Shown here piece after piece: positions 28,407-38,680 of a DNA stretch of 64,000 nucleotides. Under the pieces are notes generated by a model. That model was not told the DNA's origin. It saw only the letters and a program-made list of their open reading frames with translations, and made no database searches. A program made the position numbers and the translations under genes. The DNA lies in NCBI GenBank assembly GCA_965218695.1, contig OZ244651.1, positions 1,568,001 to 1,632,000 on the forward strand. The letters are read 5' to 3'. Within the stretch, counting starts at the first letter, position 1; each line of letters opens with the position of its first letter. Source of the stretch: Nitrosopumilus sp. GTDB lineage: Archaea; Thermoproteota; Nitrososphaeria; Nitrososphaerales; Nitrosopumilaceae.

Positions 28407-29000
28407 ATGGGTAGAAAGGAGAGAAGGGCACGCGAAGAAAAGCGTGAGAATTATGCCACAAAGCACACTGCCCAGAAGAGAAAGAACACGCTGATCGCGA
28501 TCGGCGTTTTAGGGGTAATTGCCGCCATCGTAGTCTATGCCGCCTTTGTCTTTGTCACATCTACCGGGACGACTCCGGGCGGACCGCCAAACGCAGGGGT
28601 ACTTGGAAGTGCCCATGATCATGCAGGCATCCTGGTAAAGATATTCAATGACGAGTTTGACTTTTCAACGACTTCATACCAGATAAAATCCAACTGGATT
28701 CACTTCGAGGGAAGGGACGGGACCACTGTCCACAAGCACGCCACGGGAGTGACGTTGGGGTATCTCTTTGAGACACTCAACATTGGACTCGATGACAAGT
28801 GCTTTGTGTTCCCGGACGCAAGGGAGTTTTGCACCGACGATGTATACGACCTTAGATTTTTCATCAATGGCGAGGAGCTTTCAGACATCAGGGAATATGA
28901 GATCTTCGAGGACGACAGGATTCTAATCTCATATGGCGCCACACCGGAACAGCTGGAATCCCAGATGCTCCAAATAAGCAACCAGGTCATAGTAAAGTAG
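28407..29000 (+). CDS. Membrane-anchored His-motif protein (conserved hypothetical)
   Basis: Basic N-terminus, one TM helix, HDHA and IHFEG...VHKH motifs. Confidence 0.7.
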   Translation: MGRKERRAREEKRENYATKHTAQKRKNTLIAIGVLGVIAAIVVYAAFVFVTSTGTTPGGPPNAGVLGSAHDHAGILVKIFNDEFDFSTTSYQIKSNWIHFEGRDGTTVHKHATGVTLGYLFETLNIGLDDKCFVFPDAREFCTDDVYDLRFFINGEELSDIREYEIFEDDRILISYGATPEQLESQMLQISNQVIVK

Positions 29001-29065
29001 AACTCGGGCAGTAACATTATGCCACACACGGGGCGGCGGCAGCTGTTTTGGGGACCAAACGGCAC

Positions 29066-30598
29066 GTATGAATTCACCTGTCCTTCCTGTCACAAAAAAA
29101 TGATCATACTGATCCATATGCTGGTAATACACATCCCTGTCCATGGGGAACCCACGGCACATGAACAGGGAACAGCTGGAGAGGGAACTGGCTGAGGAAA
29201 GGAAGAAAAATGCCATGCTCGAGTCCAAGATTGAAGAGGTGCTTGCCAAGATCGAACGTCTTGAAAGGGCCTTGGGGTACAGCGAGCGCATCATGACATA
29301 CTATACAAACCCCAACACGCCGCCCTCATCTGAATCCCTGGAATGGAAGGCCCAGAAGAGGGAGCGGGCAAAAAAACAGGAAAAGGGAGACAAAGCCAAG
29401 CGCGGGGGAAGAGATGGACACGTGGGGGCGTCGCGCCCCCGCGACCCGGAAAGGACCGTATCCCACAGGTTCGGGCGCAGGAAGTCGGGCAGGAGACGGG
29501 TGCCGGTACTCCCGGAATGCGGGTGCGGCGGCGGCCGGATGGCGATTGGCAGTCCGCGCGTGCGGGACATCACGGACATCATGGTGACTGCGTGCGAGAC
29601 GCGGCACCGCGTGGAGACTGCAATATGCGGCTCATGCGGCCACAGGGAAGATGCCCCAAACGACCTGCCGCGGCGGGGCAACTTCGGCAAGGGACTGGTC
29701 GGGCTCGTCTCAGAACTGCGCGCGGCACGGGTGCCGCTCAAGGGAATCTCGGTCGCGGTGCGCTCCATAACGGACATTGAGCTTGCAGGATCCACTGTCA
29801 ACAACATCATGGCGCGCGTCGGGGACGCCTCGGGCCACGAGGCAGGCAGGATCCTCGGGGAAGTGGAGGCTTCTGACTGTGCCGGGTTTGACGAGACCAG
29901 CTGGCGAAACGACGGCCAGAGGGTGCACGCAAACGTGGCACAGTCGGGCAAAAATATCGCAATAAACATCAGCCAGAGCAGGGCCACGCTCATGCTCGAT
30001 GCCATGGACAAATTTGACGGGGTGGCGATAACTGACGGGTACAACGGGTATGACAGGTTTGACAAGGGCGGCATGCACCAGTCGTGCTGGGCGCACGACC
30101 TCCGGCAGACAAGACACCTGGCAGAAAAATACTGTGCCGTGCCTCCCAAGACCAAACGCGTCCGGCGGCGGCGGCAGCTCCACGAGGACCACAAGTGGGT
30201 GTTTGAGAGGGCAAAACTGCTGGCCGCGCAGGAGGCGCACTCGCTACAGCTGCGGCATACGATGAACCGCACCATGCAGGACGTGCTTGACCGGTACCGC
30301 GATGCCGGTGGTGGTAACGATGACGACATGCAAAAGGTGCTGGACAAGCTCGAGAGGCACCTGCACCGCATGTTTGCGTTCCTGGAGCATCCCGGCGTCG
30401 AGCCTACAAACAACGCCAGCGAGAGGGCGCTGCGCTACCTGGTGGTGTTCCGCAAGATAAGCGGGCAGACCAAGGGTGGGCCCAAGTCCATGAAGCGTCT
30501 TGCAGATTTTGTTACATGCGTCCTCACGTGGAGGGCACATGGCAAGAGCGTGGCCGAAGAAGTTGGTCGACTGATATAAGGGGCAGGTGAACTCATAC
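29066..30598 (+). mobile_element. IS66-family element, copy B
   Basis: IR GTATGA(A/G)TTCACCTG; 8-bp TSD AACGGCAC; near-identical to 18150-19694 except at the 5' end of the ORF. Confidence 0.95.
29143..30579 (+). CDS. IS66 transposase
   Basis: Same motifs as 18227-19675. Confidence 0.93.
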   Translation: MGNPRHMNREQLERELAEERKKNAMLESKIEEVLAKIERLERALGYSERIMTYYTNPNTPPSSESLEWKAQKRERAKKQEKGDKAKRGGRDGHVGASRPRDPERTVSHRFGRRKSGRRRVPVLPECGCGGGRMAIGSPRVRDITDIMVTACETRHRVETAICGSCGHREDAPNDLPRRGNFGKGLVGLVSELRAARVPLKGISVAVRSITDIELAGSTVNNIMARVGDASGHEAGRILGEVEASDCAGFDETSWRNDGQRVHANVAQSGKNIAINISQSRATLMLDAMDKFDGVAITDGYNGYDRFDKGGMHQSCWAHDLRQTRHLAEKYCAVPPKTKRVRRRRQLHEDHKWVFERAKLLAAQEAHSLQLRHTMNRTMQDVLDRYRDAGGGNDDDMQKVLDKLERHLHRMFAFLEHPGVEPTNNASERALRYLVVFRKISGQTKGGPKSMKRLADFVTCVLTWRAHGKSVAEEVGRLI

Positions 30599-30646
30599 AA
30601 CGGCACAAGGCAAATGTAAATATGACATGTCAGGGCTGATGCCATC

Positions 30647-32320
30647 ATGGAGATATCCAGCAGGAACGTGGTGGAGGGAACCGCCAGAGCCCCGCACAGG
30701 GCCATGTACAAGGCCATGGGGCTTGATGACGATGATCTGGCCAAAAAGTTTATCGGCGTATGCCATACGGGAAACGAGGCCACGCCATGCAACATCCACC
30801 TTCCAGAACTGGCCCTCAAGGCAAAGGACGGCGTCAGGGATTCTGGGTGCACGCCAAGGGAGTTTTCAACCATAGCGGTAAGCGATGGGATTGCAATGGG
30901 CCACGAGGGGATGAAGTCATCGCTGGTCTCCCGCGAGGTCATTGCAGACTCGATTGAACTGATGGTCAGGGCGCACCAGTATGACGCGCTGGTGGGAATT
31001 GCAGGGTGTGACAAGAGCCTGCCTGGAACAATGATGGCCATGGCCAGGCTGGACATTCCGTCCGTGTTCGTCTATGGGGGTACCATCATGCCGGGAATGC
31101 TTGGCGGGAAGGAGCTTACAATAGTTGATGTGTACGAGGCAGTAGGGGCATACGATGCAGGCAACCTCACGCTGGAGGGCCTCAAGAGCATAGAGGACAC
31201 TGCATGCCCAAACGCAGGATCCTGCGGGGGAATGTTCACTGCAAACACAATGGCCTCCATATCGGAGGCCATAGGTCTTGCGCTGCCGGGAAGTGCCAGC
31301 CCCCCTGCAGAGGACAGCCGAAGGGGAAGAATGGTGTATGACACGGGGGCCGCATGTGCCAGGCTCTTGGAGATGGACATAAGGCCCAGCGACATCCTGA
31401 CATTCGAGGCCTTTGAGAACGCAATTACGATGCTAAACTCGGTAGGCGGTTCGACAAACGGCATCCTTCACCTGCTTGCGCTTGCCGGCGAGGCCGGAAT
31501 AGATCTGACGTATGACGACTTTGAGAGGATTCGAAGGAGGACCCCACACCTGGCAGATATGAAGCCGGGGGGAAGATATGTGATGAACTCGCTGGACAAG
31601 ATAGGGGGAATTCCGCTTGTCCTAAAAAAGCTGCTTGAAAAGGGGCTCATCAACGGCCGGTGCATGACTGTGACCGGGAGAACCATCAGGGACAACATCA
31701 CGCAGGCAGGCATTGCAGAGCCAGAGCAGCACATCGTAAGACCGGTGACTGACCCCATCCACACGGAGGGTACGGCACTCATCCTAAGGGGGAGTCTGGC
31801 GCCGGAAGGGGCAGTAATCAAGACGGCAGGCGTGGAGATGTCAGAGTTTACAGGAAGGGCCCGCGTCTTTGACAGGGAGGAGACGGCCTTTGATGCAGTC
31901 TCAAAAGGCATGATAGACGAGGGGGACGTTGTGGTGATTAGGTACGAGGGGCCAAAGGGCGGTCCCGGAATGAGGGAGATGCTTGCAACCACTGCGGCGC
32001 TTGTGGGACAGGGACTTGGCAGGAAGGTCGCCATGGTGACTGACGGAAGGTTTTCAGGGGGCACGCGCGGGTTCATGGTGGGCCATGTGGCCCCCGAGGC
32101 GTACGTGGGGGGAGCAATAGCACTTGTCAGGGATGATGACACGATTACAATCAACATCAGCACCAATACCATTGATCTCCACGTATCCCCCGACGAGATT
32201 CGGAGGAGGAGACGCATGTGGAGCCCACCAAAACCCAACTACACGACAGGCGCGCTTGCAAAATACGCCACGCTGGTAGGCTCCGCAGCCCAGGGTGCCA
32301 CAACTAGGCCGAACCTGTAA
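30647..32320 (+). CDS. ilvD: Dihydroxy-acid dehydratase
   Basis: [49 protein letters not shown] and TDGRFSG motifs. Confidence 0.97.
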   Translation: MEISSRNVVEGTARAPHRAMYKAMGLDDDDLAKKFIGVCHTGNEATPCNIHLPELALKAKDGVRDSGCTPREFSTIAVSDGIAMGHEGMKSSLVSREVIADSIELMVRAHQYDALVGIAGCDKSLPGTMMAMARLDIPSVFVYGGTIMPGMLGGKELTIVDVYEAVGAYDAGNLTLEGLKSIEDTACPNAGSCGGMFTANTMASISEAIGLALPGSASPPAEDSRRGRMVYDTGAACARLLEMDIRPSDILTFEAFENAITMLNSVGGSTNGILHLLALAGEAGIDLTYDDFERIRRRTPHLADMKPGGRYVMNSLDKIGGIPLVLKKLLEKGLINGRCMTVTGRTIRDNITQAGIAEPEQHIVRPVTDPIHTEGTALILRGSLAPEGAVIKTAGVEMSEFTGRARVFDREETAFDAVSKGMIDEGDVVVIRYEGPKGGPGMREMLATTAALVGQGLGRKVAMVTDGRFSGGTRGFMVGHVAPEAYVGGAIALVRDDDTITINISTNTIDLHVSPDEIRRRRRMWSPPKPNYTTGALAKYATLVGSAAQGATTRPNL

Positions 32321-32472
32321 CTGTACGGACCGCCTGCAGCACAGAACACGGATTGGCGCAGACGCATGACCGTATTCGTTTGTAAGCATCAGGCACCTTC
32401 ATGCATCAATACAGGTGCGGATCACCCCATGCATCCAAGAAGCCGTGCCACTCCGATGGACGGATGCAGGCA

Positions 32473-34161
32473 TTACATTCCCAAAACGTCGCGGTATGCA
32501 GCAGGGATCATGTTATGCGCACGAAACAGGATGATGTTTACTGCCTTGTCGAGCACGTAGGTCTTTGCCCAGTCGTCCTCGCTCCGAATCGAGCGCCCAA
32601 ATCCCTGCAACATCTTGATGAGTGTCTGGGACTGGTACCAGAGGGGGAATCTCTTCATCTTTGCCTGGACCCGTTTCTCGACGTAGCTTGGATAGGGAAT
32701 CTTTGCAATGATTTGAAACCGGGACAGATCATCCTTCAGGTCCACGCCCTCCCACAGGGAAGACGAGAGCAGTACTCCGGTGGGATCTGCAGCATGCTCG
32801 GAGAGTACCTCGTTTTGGGTCTTGCCGTTCCTGTTCTTGCTGTGACAGATTCGGACCCTCCGGGCATTCCTGGGAGAGAGGTTCATTAGAATCTTGTAGC
32901 ACCTTGGAATCGATGAGGTCAGGATCAGCCCCCGCTGGTCTGAATGGTTCTCAAGAATCTCGTCGATGGTCCTGATGACTGCAAGCTCGTCGTCTTCAGT
33001 GGATCGGTAACTGAGCTGCCTGACATTGAGCATGTCTATGCTCCGGTGTTTCATTGGGAACGGGGATCTTGGGGTGTCGATAAACGCAACATCCTTCGGA
33101 TCCATCCCCATGTTCTCACAAAAGCTTGACTTGTCAACTGTGGCAGACATGAACAGCTGGTACTCGGTATCAAAGAACTCGTCTGTGAATTTTGAGATGT
33201 CGATGGGCTTTACGGACAGGGAGTCAAAGCTTCCGTCCTGATGGCGTGCGGGCCTGCCTGCCACAAAGTTGTCCTTGTCCCTCAGTATGTCGATCCTGGC
33301 CTGTGCTGCCCGGTCATACTGCCTTTCAAGCCTGGTCACCAGTTCATAGTCTGGGTTGTTCCGGAATGACGGGCTCTCCTTGACATCTCTGATCTTTTTA
33401 GAGTATGACTGGGCAATATCGTCAAGCATTCCTGTTACCGAGTCCAGATCATCCAAGGCATATCTGTCAGGATTGATCCTGCATTCCTCAGTCTGCCAGT
33501 GGGAGATCTCAACTCCCACAAATTGGATTATCTGATCCTCTATCCTGTGCGCCTCGTCAAAGACGGACACCTTTCGGTCCAGGTATGGCTCAAAGAGCTT
33601 CTTGTTGTACTTCATTATCTGAAAGAATGAATGGTAGTTCCACAGGGAGTGCGGGGATGCCAGCGCGTGATATTTTTGCAGGTAGTAGTGGCACGACCCC
33701 GAATCATGCCTTCCGTCCACGACATCGGCTATGGCCGGCTTGAACTTGCACACCTCGACGAACTCCTTGCCGTCCTTTACCCTGCGCTCGACGCACTGCC
33801 CCTTCTGGCACGTCAGTCCCGCCTGCATGGCCATCTTTGAATCCTCGACCTTCTTTACAGACATGAGTTTGAGGCACGGAAAGTTCTGCTTTCCCTTTAC
33901 GGGTCTTATGAACGGAAGATCCCGAGCATACTGATCCTGAAGACTCTTTGTAGCCGTTACAATAAACGACCTTCCAAAGTGTTCAGATACGGTAACCCCT
34001 ACAAGCGACTTGCCTATTCCGGTGGGCGCACACAGAAGAATCTTCTTGTATCCAGAATCAATGCTCTGGCCGATCCTGGAGAGGATCTCCTTTTGAATCT
34101 CCCTGGGCACAAATTGCCTTGGAAATTTTGTAATCAGTGACAGGATCTTCGATGTTTGCAT
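32473..34161 (-). CDS. DinG/Rad3/XPD-family helicase
   Basis: APTGIGKS, Fe-S-type Cys residues, DEAH, MSAT, LWEGVD and QGFGRSIRSEDD motifs. Confidence 0.9.
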   Translation of the reverse strand: MQTSKILSLITKFPRQFVPREIQKEILSRIGQSIDSGYKKILLCAPTGIGKSLVGVTVSEHFGRSFIVTATKSLQDQYARDLPFIRPVKGKQNFPCLKLMSVKKVEDSKMAMQAGLTCQKGQCVERRVKDGKEFVEVCKFKPAIADVVDGRHDSGSCHYYLQKYHALASPHSLWNYHSFFQIMKYNKKLFEPYLDRKVSVFDEAHRIEDQIIQFVGVEISHWQTEECRINPDRYALDDLDSVTGMLDDIAQSYSKKIRDVKESPSFRNNPDYELVTRLERQYDRAAQARIDILRDKDNFVAGRPARHQDGSFDSLSVKPIDISKFTDEFFDTEYQLFMSATVDKSSFCENMGMDPKDVAFIDTPRSPFPMKHRSIDMLNVRQLSYRSTEDDELAVIRTIDEILENHSDQRGLILTSSIPRCYKILMNLSPRNARRVRICHSKNRNGKTQNEVLSEHAADPTGVLLSSSLWEGVDLKDDLSRFQIIAKIPYPSYVEKRVQAKMKRFPLWYQSQTLIKMLQGFGRSIRSEDDWAKTYVLDKAVNIILFRAHNMIPAAYRDVLGM

Positions 34162-34331
34162 TCGATATTAAAAGTATGGAGATCTCCGCGGCGTCATGCC
34201 GGAGGGGAACACATCAGGGTATTCGAGGGGCGTGTGCCTGCATGTAACTGCAGGCACGATGTTTCCTATTCCACAGAGGTAAAACAGCCATAAAAGGAAA
34301 CGATTAATTCGGGAATACGTGTATGAGAGTC

Positions 34332-34478
34332 ATGCATCAATGCTATTACTGTGAACAGCTGTTTGAATCGAAGGAAAGGTTGTACGATCACCTAGAGGTA
34401 CACTCAGACACCGACAGAGGCAAGGGAGTGGAGGGCAAAAAGAAGAAGACCACCACGAAAGGAACCAAGACGAAGTGA
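34332..34478 (+). CDS. Small C2H2 zinc-finger protein (below the ORF-track cutoff)
   Basis: MHQCYYCEQLFESKERLYDHLEVHSD...KKKKTTTKGTKTK*. Confidence 0.7.
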   Translation: MHQCYYCEQLFESKERLYDHLEVHSDTDRGKGVEGKKKKTTTKGTKTK

Positions 34479-34751
34479 TTTATTATTCAGAAGGCATGCG
34501 TGGCAAGGTTCCAGTAACATGGAATCCATATGCCTCCTAGACTACGGCTCACGGTCAATCCGTGTAGGAATGACACGGATGTGCTGCAAAGACAGGGCTT
34601 GGGATGCCGTCACGGTCCAGCATACGGTGCCTGGTGCAGAACGCCTCGAGGATCAGACAAAAGCGGCCCGTGCCACGAGTCAGGCGCAGCCGGCCACGAA
34701 TGCGGTTCTCTGCCATCTGTCCTAAACACACGGCAATCGCGGTGCCCACAG

Positions 34752-35291
34752 TCATGGAATTCTCAACCCCGCAAAGACTGCGTCGTACTCTGACTGCCTT
34801 TTGGAGTTGTGGCCAAAGTCCGTATCTGCATCATACTCTTGACGCCTCTGCTTGAGGGTGTCTTCCAGAGACTCGACATAGCCTGCCATCATCCGTCCCG
34901 AGTCAGACCTGGCAAACTGCTTTCTCTGCTCCTCGTTTTGTCCGCGTGTCGGAAACACCCTTCCGTCAAATCTGTGCCGTATCGTCCCAACATTCTCTCG
35001 GGCTACCAGTTCTGCCAGATCAAAGTGTCCCTGTTCATGCCGCAGCAGGCTGTCATCGGATTGGGATATTCTGACCCATGACAGCTGCCTGTGAAACTCT
35101 ACGGAGATCTGTATGTCCCGTACGATAAACACGACATCGCCTCCAACCTGCTCAGAGTCCACCACCCATGTAGGCCTATACCGGATCATGCCGTGCGAAT
35201 CCTCATAGGCTGCAGGGTTGGACTCTGCCTTAAAGTCAGACCACGAAAGAAACGAGTTCTTGGACCAGACAACTACGTCATTCTCACTCAT
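34752..35291 (-). CDS. DUF922-like putative Zn-dependent protease
   Basis: LSWSDFK, LLRHEQGHFDLAE (HExxH) and QEYDADTDFG motifs. Confidence 0.72.
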   Translation of the reverse strand: MSENDVVVWSKNSFLSWSDFKAESNPAAYEDSHGMIRYRPTWVVDSEQVGGDVVFIVRDIQISVEFHRQLSWVRISQSDDSLLRHEQGHFDLAELVARENVGTIRHRFDGRVFPTRGQNEEQRKQFARSDSGRMMAGYVESLEDTLKQRRQEYDADTDFGHNSKRQSEYDAVFAGLRIP

Positions 35292-36097
35292 GACCCAGAC
35301 TCATTTTGAACTTGAACTGCTTATATGGCTTTGCCGGCGACTCGGATACATGCTCAGATCCCAACCAAATCTAGGCGCGGATACTGGTATAGCCACGTAT
35401 GCTTGCGCCTAACCAAGTTTGGATGAGTATACACTGGCTCGAGTTCTGTCAGGATATGCAGCAGACTCGATAATCAATCAGGCAGCATCATCATCACGCC
35501 CTGATTGCAGCGGTGTCCAGTCACACTACAGTGAAACGCCGACCGGAGGCTGTCAACTGGTGTCAGAATCCAAACTATTAATCCCGGACATCCAGACACG
35601 CCTCATGAACGGCAGGTTCTATTTCTGGATGGGGATCTCGATAGCTGCATTGGCTGCAGGATTCATCATACTGTTTTCATGACACTGTTTCAGATGCCCT
35701 GCAGGCAGGCACGCAAGAGAGGACAGACGCGCCTCTGCATGCATGGATTGACTCCCGAATCATTTGGACACGTCCTGGTCTGAGTGCGGCGCAGCATGGG
35801 CATTCCCCGGACAGAATCATTGCCATAGTTTCGTCTGATTTCTTGTTCGCGAACCTGCTCCATATTCTGCTCTAATGCGCAGTCAGTACCACACATGCCA
35901 GGCCAGGAGGCGCACCGCCGCCTGCCATGACCAATACTGCTGCAAACATGTGTTCTGACTTTGGTACGGTTCACATTCATCCGGATGCAGTCATGATTTG
36001 GCATACGGCAGAATGGCCCTGAGAGGATTTCAAAGGATGCCGGTGCGGGACAAATCACAATAAATCAGCTAAAATACTAGAACGAATTGAAATATGC

Positions 36098-36448
36098 ATG
36101 GAAGGCAGGAGGCCGTTTAAAGGATACAAACGAAAAGAGTCTTTCCTTACCATCGAGCAGAAGGTCGAACAGTTTGTGCTGCGAAACTCCAGAAACGGCT
36201 TCTTTACCAGAATCTCAACGATCCAGAACAAGTTTGAAGTTTCAGAGGAAAGGACATGGGAGATCGTAGGCGAATTACTGACAAACGGCTTACTGGAGTC
36301 TACGCACGATCCCGGTACAGGAGAGATGAAGCTCTGTGAGATAGACAAGACGTATTCAATAATGAGCACAAAACGAAAGAAGCAGAGATATGACAAGAGG
36401 GGCTCAAAAAAGCCATCCCCAAAATCAGGCTCTGGCCCCCCGCGATAG
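36098..36448 (+). CDS. Hypothetical protein (possible winged helix)
   Basis: Clean 116-aa ORF with an AT-rich upstream region and protein-like composition. Confidence 0.6.
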   Translation: MEGRRPFKGYKRKESFLTIEQKVEQFVLRNSRNGFFTRISTIQNKFEVSEERTWEIVGELLTNGLLESTHDPGTGEMKLCEIDKTYSIMSTKRKKQRYDKRGSKKPSPKSGSGPPR

Positions 36449-36487
36449 CCGTCGATGGAGGCTGCTACCGTCAGGATGACTCGTGCG

Positions 36488-36670
36488 CATGCCTGGCAGG
36501 TTATGAAGCCGAACTTCAGTGTTTGCCGGCACGGATACATCAGCACATGCCTGGCAGGTTATGAAGCCGAACTTCAGTGTTTGCCGGCACGGATACATCA
36601 GCACATGCCTGGCAGGTTATGAAGCCGAACTTCAGTGTTTGCCGGCACGGATACATCAGCACATGCCTGG
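36488..36670. repeat. 58-bp perfect tandem repeat, 3 copies plus 9 nt
   Basis: Unit CATGCCTGGCAGGTTATGAAGCCGAACTTCAGTGTTTGCCGGCACGGATACATCAGCA starts at 36488, 36546 and 36604. Confidence 0.95.
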
Positions 36671-37065
36671 TAGGGTGCAGATCCTATCCGCTCGGGTTGT
36701 TTATGGCGTACATGGTAACTGTAACATGCAATATGTTTCTATTGAATATTTGATTGATTAATATGAATATTCTGTATAATCATTTAGGATTTTATCCAAA
36801 TAGTTTATCAACTGTCTCATGTAATGTATGTCATGAGAGGAATAAAGATTATCAGGAAGATACATGAAAAGTGCCAGTTATGCAGGCAGGCATCAGTGTA
36901 CTGCGACTGCATGTGTTCTTATTGTGGTAGTAAGGAATACTGCGAATGTGATGCACTTCCACGGCCGATCCTTCCATAATTTTTTTGCATGGCGGGCAAA
37001 ATTTGAGTCAGCGGCTAGAAAAAATTTACCCCTGCTGTGTAATATCAACTGGGTAAGCATACCTC

Positions 37066-37278
37066 ATGTCTGTAATGGAGGCGTACGATCTCAAGGCACG
37101 AAAAAAGGTGCCAATAAAAGACCCACAACCGTACCTCATGAACAACGGCATGTGGGCAATCAGGGGTACTAGCCCTGAGACTGGAACAAAGGTGTTTAGG
37201 ATTGTCGGTAGGACAAAACCATCACTGCAACAGTCAAGATTCGGTGCATTCAAGAGGATCTTTACGAGCCAAAGATAA
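37066..37278 (+). CDS. Small basic protein, CC1/DUF5679-like putative chromatin protein
   Basis: AYDLKARKKV...NGMWAIRGTSPETGTKVFRIVG. Confidence 0.65.
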   Translation: MSVMEAYDLKARKKVPIKDPQPYLMNNGMWAIRGTSPETGTKVFRIVGRTKPSLQQSRFGAFKRIFTSQR

Positions 37279-37464
37279 GAATGCAGAATCACGCTGATCC
37301 TTCTTTTTAACCATCAGTAAGTTACACGTACATGCCCGGCCGCCCCCAAAGACGGGCACGGCTATTTGCAGGATTCATGCCTGGCAGATATGACACATAC
37401 GACCACGCGTCGTGATCCGTCCTGAATTCGAAACTGTTAATTTGACTGCAACGTAACAGAGTGC

Positions 37465-37935
37465 ATGTCCTTTGAGATTGACTGGCGGAGTGATTTTTAC
37501 GGAATCTCATGGGCGTATGAGAAGAGCAGATTGGTGGTATCGACAATATTTGAGGACAAGAAGAATGCAGTGGAAGTCGCAATGGACATAGACGGCTGGA
37601 GTGACAAGTTCACGCGGATGACAATAATAGAGAGAAGCAACGGCGAATTTGCGATCTGCTGCTATCAGGACCCCCAAGTAGCAAAGGGCAAAAACTCCAT
37701 AGGGTTGTTCAGGACAGGGATGATACAGAGCGGCGGATACGAACATGCAAAGCCCATGATTGAGGAAAGGTCCCCCCTGCTACAGATTGCATATGCAGCA
37801 GATGTCAGGGATATGGGCACGTACGAGCAGATCTCCAGGCTGGTGCCCATAAGAAAATGCAGGATAATCTCTGAAAAGGATTTGAGGCGGCAGGAGTACT
37901 ACTACGAAAAGAACGCATGTGAAAAATCAGCATAG
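37465..37935 (+). CDS. Hypothetical protein
   Basis: 156-aa ORF with coding-like composition; no recognised motif. Confidence 0.6.
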   Translation: MSFEIDWRSDFYGISWAYEKSRLVVSTIFEDKKNAVEVAMDIDGWSDKFTRMTIIERSNGEFAICCYQDPQVAKGKNSIGLFRTGMIQSGGYEHAKPMIEERSPLLQIAYAADVRDMGTYEQISRLVPIRKCRIISEKDLRRQEYYYEKNACEKSA

Positions 37936-38107
37936 GCTGCGTGAACACGACGACGCGGTTGCCTTTACAGGACGCTGTGGCGCCTCACCACACCTGCACT
38001 CTTCAACGGGAGCATGCCCGCCTGACTGCATTGGTATGTCGCGCCTGGGTTGTAAGGCCAGCTACCCAAACCCAATACTTTAATTGAACTTACGGGACAA
38101 GGCAATA

Positions 38108-38509
38108 ATGAATTATGACAACCTTTTAAAGAGAATCATGGCATCGGACGTAAATATACGACACAGCATCATCACAAACACCGAGGGAGCCATACAGGCC
38201 ACCGGACACCGGGCAGGGGTTCGAAACTATCTTTCCCAGGAGGAGACAGAGGCATCATTGAAGAGGGCCGCATATGCATGGAAACAGAGAAAGCAGCTGT
38301 ATCCAAAGATTGGGAAAGGGGTATACGCAGCGGCAGTCTTTGAGAGGATAACAAGGATTACATTTCCGGTGGACGAGGATCATCTGATATTTGTCAGCAT
38401 GGGTTCTGAGCAGACACGAACGAATCTAGATGCAGGTGGCCAAAGACACATCATTGACAACGTGCTGAACATATTGAGTCGTGATCCCACAAGGGCAGTA
38501 AGAGTCTAG
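38108..38509 (+). CDS. DUF6659/roadblock-like thaumarchaeal protein
   Basis: NIRHSIITNTEG...RKQLYPKIGKGVY...RITFPV; similar layout to 22676-23047. Confidence 0.65.
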   Translation: MNYDNLLKRIMASDVNIRHSIITNTEGAIQATGHRAGVRNYLSQEETEASLKRAAYAWKQRKQLYPKIGKGVYAAAVFERITRITFPVDEDHLIFVSMGSEQTRTNLDAGGQRHIIDNVLNILSRDPTRAVRV

Positions 38510-38680
38510 GGCTTTTGCGCCTGGAGATATCACAGTATTTTTAATTTTAAAGAGGGTGGGTGTTGCAGCATGTGGGTTAGTGGCACCTGTCCACAATTGG
38601 CACCAACGGTAGCCGGTTCAAAATATTCATTTAGATTTGGTTTTGATCGAGCCTTTTAAAGAAAGCACGTTCTCAAGGCC

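Noticed and set aside
35419-36058. Short ORFs including a hydrophobic MNGRFYFWMG...IILFS peptide
   Set aside because: A small membrane peptide is possible, but there is too little evidence to call it.
36488-36670. CRISPR mini-array or repeat-encoded ORF 36519-36761
   Set aside because: Identical head-to-tail units without spacers; the ORF has no protein-like features.
38553-38625. tRNA or att site upstream of the integrase
   Set aside because: Contains GGTTCAA and a small hairpin, but I could not build a cloverleaf or find a duplicated copy in the window.
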